The notes beneath the pieces are model-generated. The model worked only from the letters and a program-made list of their open reading frames with translations. It searched no databases and was not told the origin of the DNA. From Haplodiscus bocki (lineage: Eukaryota): a stretch of DNA of 64,000 nt. Location of the stretch: positions 118,606,001 to 118,670,000 of the forward strand of contig OZ296650.1 in the NCBI GenBank assembly GCA_965655095.1. The letters are read 5' to 3'. Below are positions 11,090 to 22,757 of the stretch, one piece after another. A program made the position numbers and the translations under genes. Each line of letters begins with the position of its first letter. The stretch's first letter is position 1.

Positions 11090-12126
11090 ATGCCGAACAT
11101 CATGAGTCATAACCACAATACGAGATTGACTTCGACCAAGTACCCTTGTGGTGCATGCGCAGGTGAATGTAAAGACGGCTCGGTAGCATGTATTCTGTGC
11201 AATTCATGGTACCACGCAGGTAACTGCTCAGGATTACCATCAAGCATCTTGATGGCCATGTCAAAAACCTTTGTACTGGTGTGGCTGTGCAAATCTTGCG
11301 AAACGAAGGGTAAGGAACGGTTGTTGAAAGACGAGAAGCAAATTGACGCTAAGGTGCAGGAAACGATTGTTGCAAAGTTCATGGAAGATAAACTCGATGA
11401 GATTAGAGACACCAACACGAAGTTGATTGAAGATAAACTGTCACTTTTCCAACAAAACCTTGAAGCTAAACTTGAATACTTACTTTCAGAAGACCGAAAA
11501 AGCGCACAGAGTTGGTCCGAAGTTACCCAACGGAATGCTCCCTTGGTGAAAAGTTTGGGAACCATCATGAAAGAGACGATTGAGAACGAAAGACTGGAAC
11601 AAGCAGATCAAGAAAAACGGGAAAAAAGGTCATCCTTCATCGAGTACCTGAGAGTGACAAATCGGAGGCCAGTGCGAGAGCTGGAGATGACATCAAGTTT
11701 TTCAAACAGCTCACCGAAGACGTACTAGGTATTGGTGACCTCAAACCAACAAAAGCAGTCAGACTTGGAGCAAAGAAAACATCAAAGGACAGCGACGGTA
11801 CTACTGCAGAACGAGTGAGTTCAAGACCACTGAAGATTGTATTGCCTTCGAAGGAGGATCGGGACTTACTTTTCAGAAAATTGAGAAAGTTGAGAGCAGC
11901 AGACAAATCATTCGCTTCAATCAGCGTTTCATACGACCTCTGGCAAGATCTGAGGAAGCAGATCAAGTTGAAAATTGAAGAGGCCAAAAACAAAGATGGA
12001 GAGAATGCAAAAAACTACATGTACAGAATGAGAGGACCTCCGAACAGACTAGAGGTACAGAAACTGAAGCGGAAAGTAAAACTGTCAACGGAGAGCCTAG
12101 ACGATGCCTTCGTCGTCAATCCCTGA
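11090..12126 (+). pseudogene. LINE ORF1: PHD finger + coiled coil + RRM/CTD, one frameshift near 11630
   Basis: CGAC...CILCNSWYHAGNC...WLCKSC (C4HC3 PHD), then VILHRVPES, AVRLG, RPLKIV, ISVSYDL, YRMRGPP typical of CR1 ORF1. Confidence 0.85.
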
Positions 12127-14983
12127 AGTTTATTTTTTCCAATACTGATGCGATGACAAACAAAAAGGAGGAAATCAGTGCAAGGCTAGTAAGTGAGAAG
12201 CCGGAGGTTTTCGGCCTGCTGGAAATAAAACCAAAAAAGCATGGCTTTGTGTTGGAGGAAGCAGATATCGCTTTTGAAGGATATGACGCATTCTACAGCA
12301 AACAAATTAGCAACAAGGAACATCGAGGTACAATAGTATACGTTAGGCAGGATATTGTGCTTCAGTCTAGTCGAGTTGAGATCAACGGATGCCCAGAAGA
12401 GACTATTCTTGTTCAACTTTGTAACGGAAAAAAGAAAAAATCTTGTTCGGGTGCGTCTATCGTCACTGATATTCAGATACCCAAGAGCAAGAGGCCTTAC
12501 TGAACACTCTTAGAGCTGTATCACACATGAATTTCACGCACGAAGTTATCGTAGGAGATTTCAACTTCCCGAAAATTGATTGGTCCTTGAACTGGACACC
12601 GCTTAGTGAGAACAGTAACGAGCACTCATTCACTGAATTGGTAAGGGACTGCTTCTGGCACCAACACGTCCAATTTGCAACAAGAAGCAGAGGATCTGAT
12701 GACCTTAGCATTCTTGATCTTGTCTTCACGGATGCAGATACAGAGATCGACGACATGCAGTGCCAAGCTCCTTTTGGAAAGAGTGACCATTCGGTGATTT
12801 CTTTCGAACTCTCCCAGGTGGAAAGAACACGCTGCAAAAAAGGAACAAGATGGAAGTAAGCGAAGGGAGACTACGAAAGCATGCGCGAGGTACTGTCAAA
12901 CAACCACTGGGTTGATGTACTCTCTACTGCCCCAAGTGTCAACGAAGCATGGAATCTTGTAAAAGAAAGAATCAGCGCAGCAGTAGAAAAGTTTGTGCCA
13001 AGAGCCATTTCCGGATCCACAAAACAGTTTTCGGTTCCCTTGGATAAAGACCTCTTACAACAAATCCGAAAGAAGAACAGCCTCTGGAGAAAATACCTCA
13101 GAGTCAAAACAAAAACAGCTTACAACGAGTTCTGCAGAGCGAGGAATTACATCGGGAGTCGAACAAGGTCCAAAGCTAGAGAAATTGAAGATGAAATTGC
13201 CCGGGAAGCAAAACGAAACCCGAAGAGATTTTGGACCTTTGTGAACTCAAAAGTTAAAGCCAGAACTGGCATAAGTGACCTCGTCTTGGAAGACGGAGAG
13301 GTAGTATCCTCAGACACCAGAAAGGCTGAAGTCTTGAATACCTACTTCAGCAGTGTTTTTGTAGAAGAGAAAACCCCTCCCCCGGAAATTGACGAATTTG
13401 TTGTCGACTCATACATTGAAGAGCCCCTCATAACTGAATCAGCCATCAGAAAGAAGTTGGCAGATTTAAACAGGACAAAGTCACCGGGCTTTGACGAAAT
13501 CCATCCTCATGTGCTTGCCGAACTGTCAGAAGTTTTGACTGAACCACTGCAGATCATTTTTTCAAGCACCATTGCTGAAGGCGAGCTACCCGAGGACTGG
13601 AAGGAGGCGAGGGTGACGGCACTCTTCAAGAAAGGTGACAAAAAGAAAGTGGAGAACTATCGACCGGTCAGCCTAACATGCATCGCATGTAAAGTACTAG
13701 AAAGCATTATCAGAGATGATATCATTTCCCACATGACGTCGAACAACTTGATTTCAGATAGACAATATGGCTTCGTGAAAGGAAGATCGACGAGTCTACA
13801 ATTGCTGAAAGTCTTAGAAGAGTGGACACAGATTCTTGATAGAGGAGGAGGCATTGACTGCGTTTATTGTGACTTCCAAAAAGCCTTTGATAAGGCTCCA
13901 TATAGGAGACTGATGGCAAAGATCTGGTCATACGGAATTCGAGGAAAGTTATACCGATGGATAGAAACTTTCCTAACAAACAGGAAGCAACATGTGGCTG
14001 TCAACGGTCAAAAATCGTCCAAAAATCTAGTCTTGAGTGGAGTCCTGCAAGGAAGCGTTCTAGGGCCACTTCTTTTTGTGATCTTCATAAACGACCTACC
14101 TGCAGCTGTTGAGAATGAAGTATGGATGTTCGCAGATGATACAAAGATCTACCAAGAGGTGAACTGTAAGGAAGATGGTGAATCGCTTCAAAATGACCTC
14201 TACAGGCTTGAAGATTGGAGCAAAAAATGGCTACTGCCGTTTCATCCAAAAAAGGCAAAGCTCCTAAAGTTTGGAAGAGCCAAGAAGCTTGAACGAGAGT
14301 ACTACGCCGAGCGAGGGAAACTACTACCGATCTCAAGCGATAATACTGAGACGGACTTAGGAGTGACATTTAACTCAGACCTGAAATTCGAAAAACACAT
14401 TGTGAATAAAGTCAAAAAAGCCAATCGATTGGTTGGCCTCATCAAACGGACCTTTCAATTGGATATTTTGAAGTTCAGGTTCCTCTTCTGAGGCATTGTT
14501 AGACCGCACCTAGATTACGCCACTTCTGTATGGAACCCCACGTCAGTCAAACTTCAAAACCTCATCGAGAATGTGCAAAGAAGGGCTTCAAAACGTGTAC
14601 ATGAGTTAAAAGACCTATCTTACGAAGAGAGACTGAAAAAACTTGACATGCCAACTTTAGCATATAGACGCTTGAGAGGAGATATGATTGAAGTCTTCAA
14701 AATGCTTACCAACAACTCTGGGTACGATCAATCTGTGACGACAAATATGCTGACCCGTGAGGGGCACAATAGGACCAGAGGCCACGCATTGAAGCTGAAA
14801 ATGAATAAAAGTCGAACTAGCCTTAGGAAGCATTTCTTCACACAGAGGGTGGTGAAAGAGTGGAACAACCTCCCTAGAGAGGTTATCGAATCCGTTAACA
14901 CCACTACATTCAAATCAAGGCTGGACAAATGCTGGGAGAAAAGAAAATTCATGTTGAGACCAACTCAGATGACGTTGCAGTGA
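12123..14983 (+). pseudogene. LINE ORF2: apurinic endonuclease + reverse transcriptase; frameshift ~12435, stops at 12857 and 14489
   Basis: LKFIFSN, LLEIKPK, GDFNFPKIDW, ILDLVFT, SDH (APE); KSPGFDEIHP, NYRPVSLT, DFQKAFDK, SGVLQGSVLGPLLF, FADDTK (RT); VRPHLDY, RRLRGDMIEVFK, RKHFFTQRVVKEWN (CR1 C-terminus). Confidence 0.93.
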
Positions 14984-15063
14984 GGTCCAGTAACACTTGC
15001 AGTGAAAGAAGTCACTAGCATTGGGAGCTGTGAATAGAGGACTACCTGCTCACAGTACTGAAC

Positions 15064-15192
15064 AGATGCCTGCTATTTTTCGGTAATGGAAGTGATCCTC
15101 CTCCAGATATCAATTTCGTTCCTCCAAATGGAGTAATCCTTCTCTGTGTCTCCGAATGTTGGCGGGGCCTCTGGTGAGCAAGGTTGCGTCAT
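15064..15192 (-). pseudogene. Copia gag N-terminus (separated from the rest by the LINE)
   Basis: MTQPCSPEAPPTFGDTEKDYSIWRNEIDIWRRITSITEK*QAS; PP.F....Y..W..E...W pattern of copia gag. Confidence 0.8.
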
Positions 15193-15202
15193 CCTGCTAC
15201 CA
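15190..15202 (-). promoter_or_regulatory. Primer-binding site, initiator tRNA-Met-like
   Basis: TGGTAGCAGGATG, one base inside the 5' LTR boundary; close to the complement of the animal tRNAi-Met 3' end (TGGTAGCAGAGGATGG). Confidence 0.8.
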
Positions 15203-15203
15203 A

Positions 15204-15332
15204 TGTTTCTGGTATGAAACTGGACAGATAAAATACGTCAATTCAGCTGAATATAGTAAGACCCCACACAACGATCGTTCATTAATGTAGATTACCAGTT
15301 ACAGAATACAACACTAATTAATCAGTGAAACA
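15204..15332 (-). repeat. 5' LTR of the copia element
   Basis: TGTTTCTGG...GTGAAACA followed by TSD ATTTC. Confidence 0.93.
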
Positions 15333-16935
15333 ATTTCTTTACAACAAACATCTGTCATTTTTTCTTCCTAGACAAGTCATTTGCCTTTGCCCATTGTGCA
15401 CAATGTTGTTCTAAAATTTTATGTCATAAAATGTGAATTTTTCTTTGTAAAACCTAAAAACCTAAATTCATCTAACCTTTGATTTAAACCGAAACGTTGA
15501 TAAAAGTCGGTTTCATCTCTTCAATATAAGATTCCAGTCTTTCTAGTTTTAAATTTATCAAAAGTTTGGTCTAAATCTACTTCCTTACTAACTTTGTATC
15601 AAAAGATTATGGAATGGTTTCTAAGTTGCCAGTCAACCTAGTTGCAAACTTGTTTTGCTATGCTCAAATTTACAAAGCACAAATGAAAATCCTTCCTTAT
15701 ATCTGCCCGTTGTTTTGAAAGAAACCAATCAAAAGTACAAAAAACTTTTTTCGTCACACAAAATGAAAATTCATTTTTCAGACATTTTGAGATCACTCCA
15801 TATCATCGCCTAGTGTCAGTGCTCTCTTGCATCAAGTAAAGTTTATATTCGGGGAGGTTTTTAAGAAACTGGCCGAAGTACGACAAACTGCTGAACAGAA
15901 ATACAAAGTACGACATTTATACGAAAATTGCCAAATACGTCAGTTGTACAAATTACGACAAAACTCGCTCATTTTATGGCAATGTAGAAAAAAAAGCGGA
16001 ACGCGGCAACCAATTTTGTCAATTGCAAAAACTAATAGTTCTAAACTATTTAGGCATGCGATTCCTGTCCAGGCTACTTTTTGCTGTAGATTGTTAATTC
16101 TTTCCTGCACTGAAACTTTTTTACTGGACATGTTTTGACACTTGGAAACTCTACAGTTTTTTGATGCCAGTCGACAGAATTCTACTTCAAAAGGTCCCAT
16201 AAACGCCGCAGAAATCAAAGTGCACGGCCTTGTTTGGTCTTTTCAAGGGAGCGCAGCGGAAGAGAAGTGAAGCCTCTAGAAACCAACACTGGGAAGTTCA
16301 GAGAGTTTTCTGAGTTCCACTGTCAGGTCAAATGTCAGAATTCAGTATCTCTGCATTTGTTCGACTGATTTTTGGATATTTTTACAGGACTGTAATCTAT
16401 TTCATGGTAACTTTTGGTTGCGTTCAAACATTTCTTATATAGGTGCTTCGCGAAAGAGACTTCACAATCGACAATATATTGGCTACTATGCCAATTTTTG
16501 TCATAAGTTCTTTATTTCCGCATATAGTGCTCTAAATCGCCTAAATTTGACACAGGCTTAAAGATTAGACTCTCTTCTATTTTACACTAGCTTTCGATTA
16601 CGGTTCGATAATCTTTCTATTGTTTTTTCCCGAAAAAACCTTGAAATACTACGCTGAAATCGACCTAGTGTGAATTCGTTAATTGAAGGCTAATACTGTC
16701 GAAACAGTGTTTAGCTTCAATCTCCCAATTTTCTTAGATCTGAGAAATTTTCTTAAATTAAAGCTGTCCACTTTTGATTAAATCCATGCAGTTCTGTAAA
16801 AATAGCGGTGCCGAAACCGTGAGCCTAGCACTAAGCTGCTTAGTGCCTATGTTACAAGTGTTTTCGATGTTATTTTTTGTATGTATAAAGATTTTCGACT
16901 GCTATAATTTCACTTTTGTCTTCAGTTTTTTTGAT

Positions 16936-17455
16936 ATGGAAGAAAGTGATTCAGTATCCGATGCTCGGCGTAGAAAACGGGAGCAGCGAGTTTTGAAAAA
17001 TTCTTCTGCAAGGTTGGCACAAATTACATACAATTGGTCGAGTGATGATGCGGCCTGTAATTCATCGGACGTTACATCTGTTGTCTCATCTTCAACGGAA
17101 CCGAAATCAGTTGGAAGTAGCAGAGACAACATTCTTGTCAAGAGTAGTGTCAATTGTCATACACCTTTCACTGAAAGTCCAGAGACTTGTTTTTCAAAAA
17201 CAGCAGTACCTAACGATTTAGTCGATGACTTGGAGGAAACAATACTAAATAATGTGCTCAACTCCGAACAATCAATGTCGGATAATTTACTTGATGACTT
17301 ATCATGTTTTCGGTCTTCGAGGCAGAATTTTGAACCGAACGATTTGAACGACCTATTTTTTTCTGTGGTTCATCTAGTTGCGGGAGTTGTTGTTGCTATT
17401 ATTTCTCTTCAGCTGCCATTATTCAACTTTGCATTAGTTTCTTTTCTCATCACCG
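16936..17455 (+). CDS. CAMLG: CAML/GET2 (guided entry of tail-anchored proteins receptor subunit), exon 1 of 2
   Basis: N-terminal ARRRKREQRVLKNSSARLAQIT matches the Get3/TRC40-binding motif of CAML/Get2; low-complexity linker; TM1 and start of TM2; phase-1 donor G|GTTGGT at 17456. Confidence 0.75.
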
Positions 17456-18162
17456 GTTGGTTGATTCTTTTAAGCAATTGTTCCGTGGCCATGAATAGAG
17501 TCAAAAACCTATGTTTTCATCACGTCGATCATTCTCAACCTCTAGTCTAACTAGTCTAAAGACATACAGCTAGCAAGTCTTAACAAACATCTAATTTTGA
17601 AAATATAATTTTTGACCTGCTGGCAGTGTATTGTACACGTTTTTTTGAGGACCTGCGTACTGAAGACACTATTCATGGAGAAAAACATTAAGGAGCCCGT
17701 GATCAAGTATGGACAGTCAGAAAAAGAGGCGTCACTACGCTGCAAGCTGCAGCGCCTCCTTACAGTGTCAATTGTGCACGTTATACGAAAAAATATACGT
17801 TTAAAGGACAAAATAAGAATAAACGAGGCTTGTTCGAAAATGCAATAGTTCCTATAACAGCACCAAAAAAATGGCTGTTTCCCAATAACATATTGGGAAA
17901 CAGCCAATATGAAAATATGACTGTTTCCCAATAACATTAGGTTTTGTTTAGTCAATTGGAACTTTCGAGCATGTACGAAATTTTTGATTTTTAATGAAGA
18001 GTACGCGGTATACGATTGAGTTATACTATTATATTCTATTGGAAAAAATATATATTGTACGTCATTACACGGCATGCTGGCAATAATGTAGGAAGATGCG
18101 AGTAAATGACAGTAATCGACAAAAGCTGTTGAAATAATTGCTTGTAAAAATTGAAGTCATAA

Positions 18163-18542
18163 TAACACTTGCGCAAGCAAGTGTTACACCACAGGATTTT
18201 GATTTTCTTCCGATGCGTTCACGACTCGCAGTTGTGCTCAGATTCTAATGTTGCCTAGATTTTGTTCATGAGCTCTTGCGCAGTTGCAAAAATTTCACGT
18301 GGCCTATTTTCCAGTGCGCTTGTTCTAAATACGAAGTGAATTAACAGCTACAGCTGTTCGTACTTGTTACATTTGTATTGAGTTTATAAGAATTAACTGA
18401 GTTAATTAAAATTCTGTTTAATTATTTAATCAGTAGTTTTCATAGGACCGTGGCCCCTTTAAAAGTCAGTTATACTTGTTCGATTTGTTCACTGATATTC
18501 CGTTGGCCCAACTGTTGCGAAGCCCATCTTCGCCTTTGTGTT
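18163..18542. mobile_element. Non-autonomous Helentron-like (HINE/DINE-1-like) element, family A, in CAML intron
   Basis: End hairpin ACACTTGC-GCAA-GCAAGTGT, conserved core, other end GCGAAG..CTTCGCCTTTGTGTT; homologous copies at 28751, 37616, 45832 and 54053. Confidence 0.65.
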
Positions 18543-18664
18543 TATATTATGGAATACTTCCACCATCTTTTTGGCATAATTGGATTGATGTCAAGTAATT
18601 CTTGTAACTCTTCGGCAGCAACTGCAATTTGTTTGCTTCCGTTTTTTTACATATTATTTTTCAG

Positions 18665-18930
18665 AAACAACTCTGGGCTATTTCTACAAATGGAGTAGTC
18701 TAGCACAAACAATACCTTCGATGCTTTCCACCTTAATCTCTGCAAAATTTACTCAATTGACCAGCAGCTGCGTGAGTCGAACAACAATTGACATAGTCCT
18801 CAGAATAGCAGCACTGGGTCTCAAAGTTTGTAGCCACTTGGGAATATTCTTGAGCGGATACTTCTGCATACATTACATCTTTGGACGCTCAGCAGTATTC
18901 CAATCCATTCATAACAAGCTAGAGCTTTAA
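18665..18930 (+). CDS. CAMLG: CAML/GET2 exon 2 of 2 (joined protein 261 aa)
   Basis: Acceptor TTTTTCAG| at 18664 keeps frame: FLIT-E-TTLGYFYKW (rest of TM2) ... CSHLGIFLSGYFCIHYIF (TM3); AATAAA at 18932-18937 right after the stop. Confidence 0.72.
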
Positions 18931-21900
18931 AAATAAATTTGTCCGAGTATTGCATTTTGTGTTCGAGAATTGTAAAGTGTATATTTTCCTTATTAGTTAG
19001 TATTCACCATGTTTTTGATCTCATCAGCTTTCATTATGGTTTTGAGAAAATCGACATTGGAAATACGACTTTCATATATTAAAATTTGTTTTTCATAACT
19101 CAAAACCTGAGAATAAGGACAGTTTGAGCATCCCTAGAACTTCTAAAATGGACATAATATCATATAGTGTTCGCGGCATTTAGAGAAGCTGGCAATGTTT
19201 TGACTCATAAATATCATTGCTATCATGTGCAATTTCGTTTTGAACGCAGTTGATTTCCAATGAATGAGCTTCCCAGTACATGAAGCGAATATGCTTTTGT
19301 GAAACTGGGGTTTTGTGTGAGGAAATAAGCAATACTTTTTAGTATCGAAGCCGAATGTATCGATAATGTTTGGGCGATCTTGACATTTTAAGACGTAAAG
19401 GACGCCTTAGTTGATACGCTAGTTGAGCGAGCAGCTGCAGACGATTTCCGTAATATTTGAAACATGGATTTAGAAGTTGAATTGTGAGCCTGCAGCATTA
19501 AAGGGAGTACTTGAATTATAATGATGAAATCATGCTGAAACCGGCAAAGAAGATCCCGTTCAGCTACCGGAAACATGAAACAGAGAATCGATTATTTTAA
19601 GACTCTAGTCTGGAAAAACTTCGGTCTTATTTGTTTTTATTTTCTTCCAATTCCTCTCAGCTGACTTTCGTATACTTGGCTCGTTGGGGCGCAAATCGAA
19701 GTACCTGCATCGTAAATTAATGGTTCCTGTTACGAGTGGTATGCTTGTAAAGAAAAACGCTTATTGATCATCGGCGCTGCACTGCGATCACGCAAAAATG
19801 TGTCCAAAAACCGGACCTGTGGTAAATTCTGTTCTCTTCCATAGTTTTGACAATCAACATTCAATTCTTCTCTTGCACTTGATTGAAAGGGAACCGCAGT
19901 GCTGATCTTAATCAAGTGAACTCTTGAGAGAAAATTTGGCAGGAATAAAAATCAATTTTTGAAGTACAATAGTAAAAGTCAAGCTTTCTCAAATTTTTGA
20001 TTAGATTTTATTAGTGTTTTTCGTTTTAAATCGAGTTAAGGTTAAAAAGTTATGACTACCACAATTTGGGCCATTTTTGAAAAAATTCCGCATTTTTTCT
20101 CAAAAATCTTTTCACCTGAAAAATTAAATATCTGCAACAATTTTTGAGCTTTGAATCTCGCTCAAAACATTTGCTTTCCTTATTGTTTGAAGAAAAAATA
20201 CCCTCTAACGTCTCTAAAAAGAAGTGAAATAGCTACACCCAATCATGAAGCTGGCAACACCATTTTAGTATAGACCGTGTTTCTTTTGTGTGGCCATTGA
20301 AAGATCGCGTTTGCTACCAGTTCAAGTAGTAGTGTGTGGTAGTTTTCACTCATTCTATTCATTTCTGACTTCAGAATTTCAACTATTTTTATGTTAAATT
20401 ATCCTTTTCAATCTATAGAATTGTATGAGGTGGGGAAATATGAAAATTCACGCTCTAAAATCCCCATGTTCTAAAATCATGGAATAGTGTATATTGCTGC
20501 GTCTCAGCTAATAGTTTCAAATAAATCTCGATTTTCGTGGGTTTTTCAAAACAACAAACAAATTCGGTTCGTCTGGAGACAACATTCTTAGTTGTAACTT
20601 GAAGTTCGAAAAATTTTCAAATGTGTCTGTTACACATTCTCAAAAGGAACAGGCAATAAACGGAAAGATGTACACGTTTCAAATCATGTCCAGACTTTGC
20701 ATTTTTTGACATCAGGTGTAAGTATAAGCGGTGAAAAACGACCTTTCTTGAGCCAATTGGCTGGTACTTGATTTTTCACCTAAGAAAGATGCTATCTATT
20801 TAAACCTTATTCTACGGAATTGAACAACAGCGTCCCAAAAGGTCATGTTTGGCGTAACAAGATTTTGTTTGAGGCAGTAAAGCAGGTGCGGTCTTTTTTC
20901 ATGTGTAATCTCAAACACGAGGCTGCAAATTGGAATATTAAAGCGACATTACTGACAGATCATATTTTTGAGCATCATACACTGGCAAGTACTTGTCTGA
21001 ATTCGATTTTTTCGCACAAACTAATTGAAAGCCGGTGTAGTTTTTTTGAAGTGTCAATCGCATCCCCGACCATGGTTTCGAATGTATTGGAGGATCTGGC
21101 ATCTCAACTGACAAGTCAGAATGTGTTGTAATGTTCTTCGCCTCTGTGTTAATATTAGTCCAAAGTTGATGGAATAAGGAAACAGTTTAACGGATCATTT
21201 CTTCGATAAGTGTTTGGCTCTGTTATTCCGTGTCCCTCTGGGGGTTTTTTGACAAGGTTATCTTTTCGTAAACAACTCTCTTTACATTTATTCCAATGCG
21301 GCGCATATTTTTGAGTGACTTTAAAAAATCGGACCTTAGTTTTTAGTCGCCGCGTGATACAAGTCAGGCTCTTATTTTTGAGCCTTTGTTGAGCTTCTCC
21401 TTTTGGCTATGGATTTTTTGTCTTTTCAGGACATCGGAAGCTTTTTGTACACGGACACTTCAAAATTTTCTTCCCGTTGGTCATCTGTTTAAAATCAAAT
21501 TTCAGCACCTTTTGTCCTAATATATTTGATTCTTAGATGGACAATACGACAAGTTCACGATCTATCATATCTCAAAGTTTCGGCTGGCGAAATTTGTTCG
21601 GCGAGTTTTTTGGAAAGAAATCACTTTTCGCATTTTTAGAGGGCAAAGCCTTTGTTTTTGAGTCCCGTCCTTACAGTAAGCTTGAAATGCTAATGTTTTT
21701 GCACTAATTGGTGAAAGCATATTCTGCAGAGCGGCGTGCTGTGACGTTTTTTTTCTGATTTTTCGCCAAAAACAGCGGGAAACTTGAGCTTTTTTGGAGT
21801 TTCGGTTTCTCGAATCGTTTTTTTGCTTCCTTCGACTGGTGGTGCTGTAAATCCTGCCTACAATTGTTGTAAAGGCTATTTTACCTGCACTAGTTTGTTC

Positions 21901-21954
21901 GGGGTTTCTCAATTTGAACTTTTCGATTTTTAATTCTGCGCGTTATTCGTGAAA

Positions 21955-22757
21955 GATTGCAATAAATGCCTGGGAAATTTAATTTTTTGCTAAGTGTTTA
22001 TTTGATTCGGGGCCGACAGATTTCAACAACGACTCGCCTACACTGCCGAAAGTTCAGCAAATAAACTTGTCAGAGACCTCATTTTGTCGCCTGGTCCTCA
22101 TACCGTTTTCGGTAGGTCAGTATGACATTCTAACGTAAAGCCTAATGACAAGAGTTGCTAGGCAGTGTGTTTTTTGGGAGACTGCAAGGTTTGCAATAAA
22201 TGCCTGGGAAATTTAGTTTTTCGCCAAGTGTTCGTTTGATTCTGGGGCGACAGATTTCAACAACGATTCGCCTACACTGCCGAAAGTTCAGCAAATAAAC
22301 TTGTCAGAGTCCTCATTTTTTCCCTTGGTCCTCGTACCGTTTTCGGTAGGTCAGTATGACATTCTCACATAAAGCCTAATGAGAACAGTTGCTAGGCAAT
22401 GTCTTTTTTGGGAGACTGCAAGGATTGCAGTAAATGCCAGGAAGGTTTAGTTTTTCGCCAAGTCTTCGTTTGATTCCGGAGCGACATTCCAACAACGACT
22501 CGCCTACACTGCCGACAGTTCAGCAAATAAACTTGTCAGACCTCATTTTTTCGCTTAGTCCTCGTATCGTTTTCGGTAGGTCAGTATGACATTCTAATGT
22601 AAAGTCTAATGACAAGAGTTGCTAGGCAGTGTGTTTTTTGGGAGACTGCATTTCTTCTTTTGGCAAAGGAATGCAATAAATGCCAGGAAGATTTAGTTTT
22701 TCACCAAGTGTTCGTTTGATTCTGGCACGACAGATTTCAACAACGAAACGTCTACAC
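21955..22757. repeat. Tandem repeat, 234-bp unit, ~3.3 copies
   Basis: TGCAATAAATGCC-like anchor at 21958, 22192, 22426 and 22672; units highly similar. Confidence 0.92.

Larger units (their letters stand above)
10208..15063 (+). mobile_element. CR1-group non-LTR retrotransposon, apparently full length, inserted antisense in copia gag
   Basis: ORF0, PHD/RRM ORF1 and APE-RT ORF2; 3' stem-loop CTGTGA...TCACAG (15028-15055) and short ACTGAAC tail; removing it rejoins the gag frame (..QAS|TIALRLTGRARQ..). Confidence 0.92.
5529..15332 (-). mobile_element. Ty1/copia LTR retrotransposon, GalEa-like, full length but decayed, with nested LINE
   Basis: Two 129-bp TG...CA LTRs (5529-5657, 15204-15332), 5-bp TSD ATTTC (5524-5528, 15333-15337), PBS and PPT, gag-PR-IN-RT-RH order; GalEa-like motifs NPLGKDGRITRCSFCGSVNHWCRNC, ILDIACTSSVCG, HVDD, KSLRID, QLANCLTK. 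Confidence 0.93.

Noticed and set aside
10376-14491. Selenocysteine/readthrough at the in-frame TGA codons of ORF0 and ORF2
   Set aside because: The same element also has frameshifts and a TAA stop, so ordinary decay explains them.
9115-14952. Antisense ORFs over the copia and LINE (e.g. 9115-9612, 11107-11568, 12463-12837)
   Set aside because: Shadow frames of real coding sequence with no independent motifs.
16774-16935. N-terminal extensions in track ORFs 16774, 29680 and 38584, and read-through tails past the donors
   Set aside because: They are intron/UTR sequence in frame by chance; splice signals and homology define shorter exons.
17551-18075. 174-aa minus-strand ORF nested in the CAML intron
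   Set aside because: Crosses repeat fragments, is low-information F/I/L-rich sequence, and shows no domain.
21955-22757. CRISPR-like or coding repeat array
   Set aside because: Whole units repeat with no unique spacers, the context is eukaryotic, and frames contain stops.
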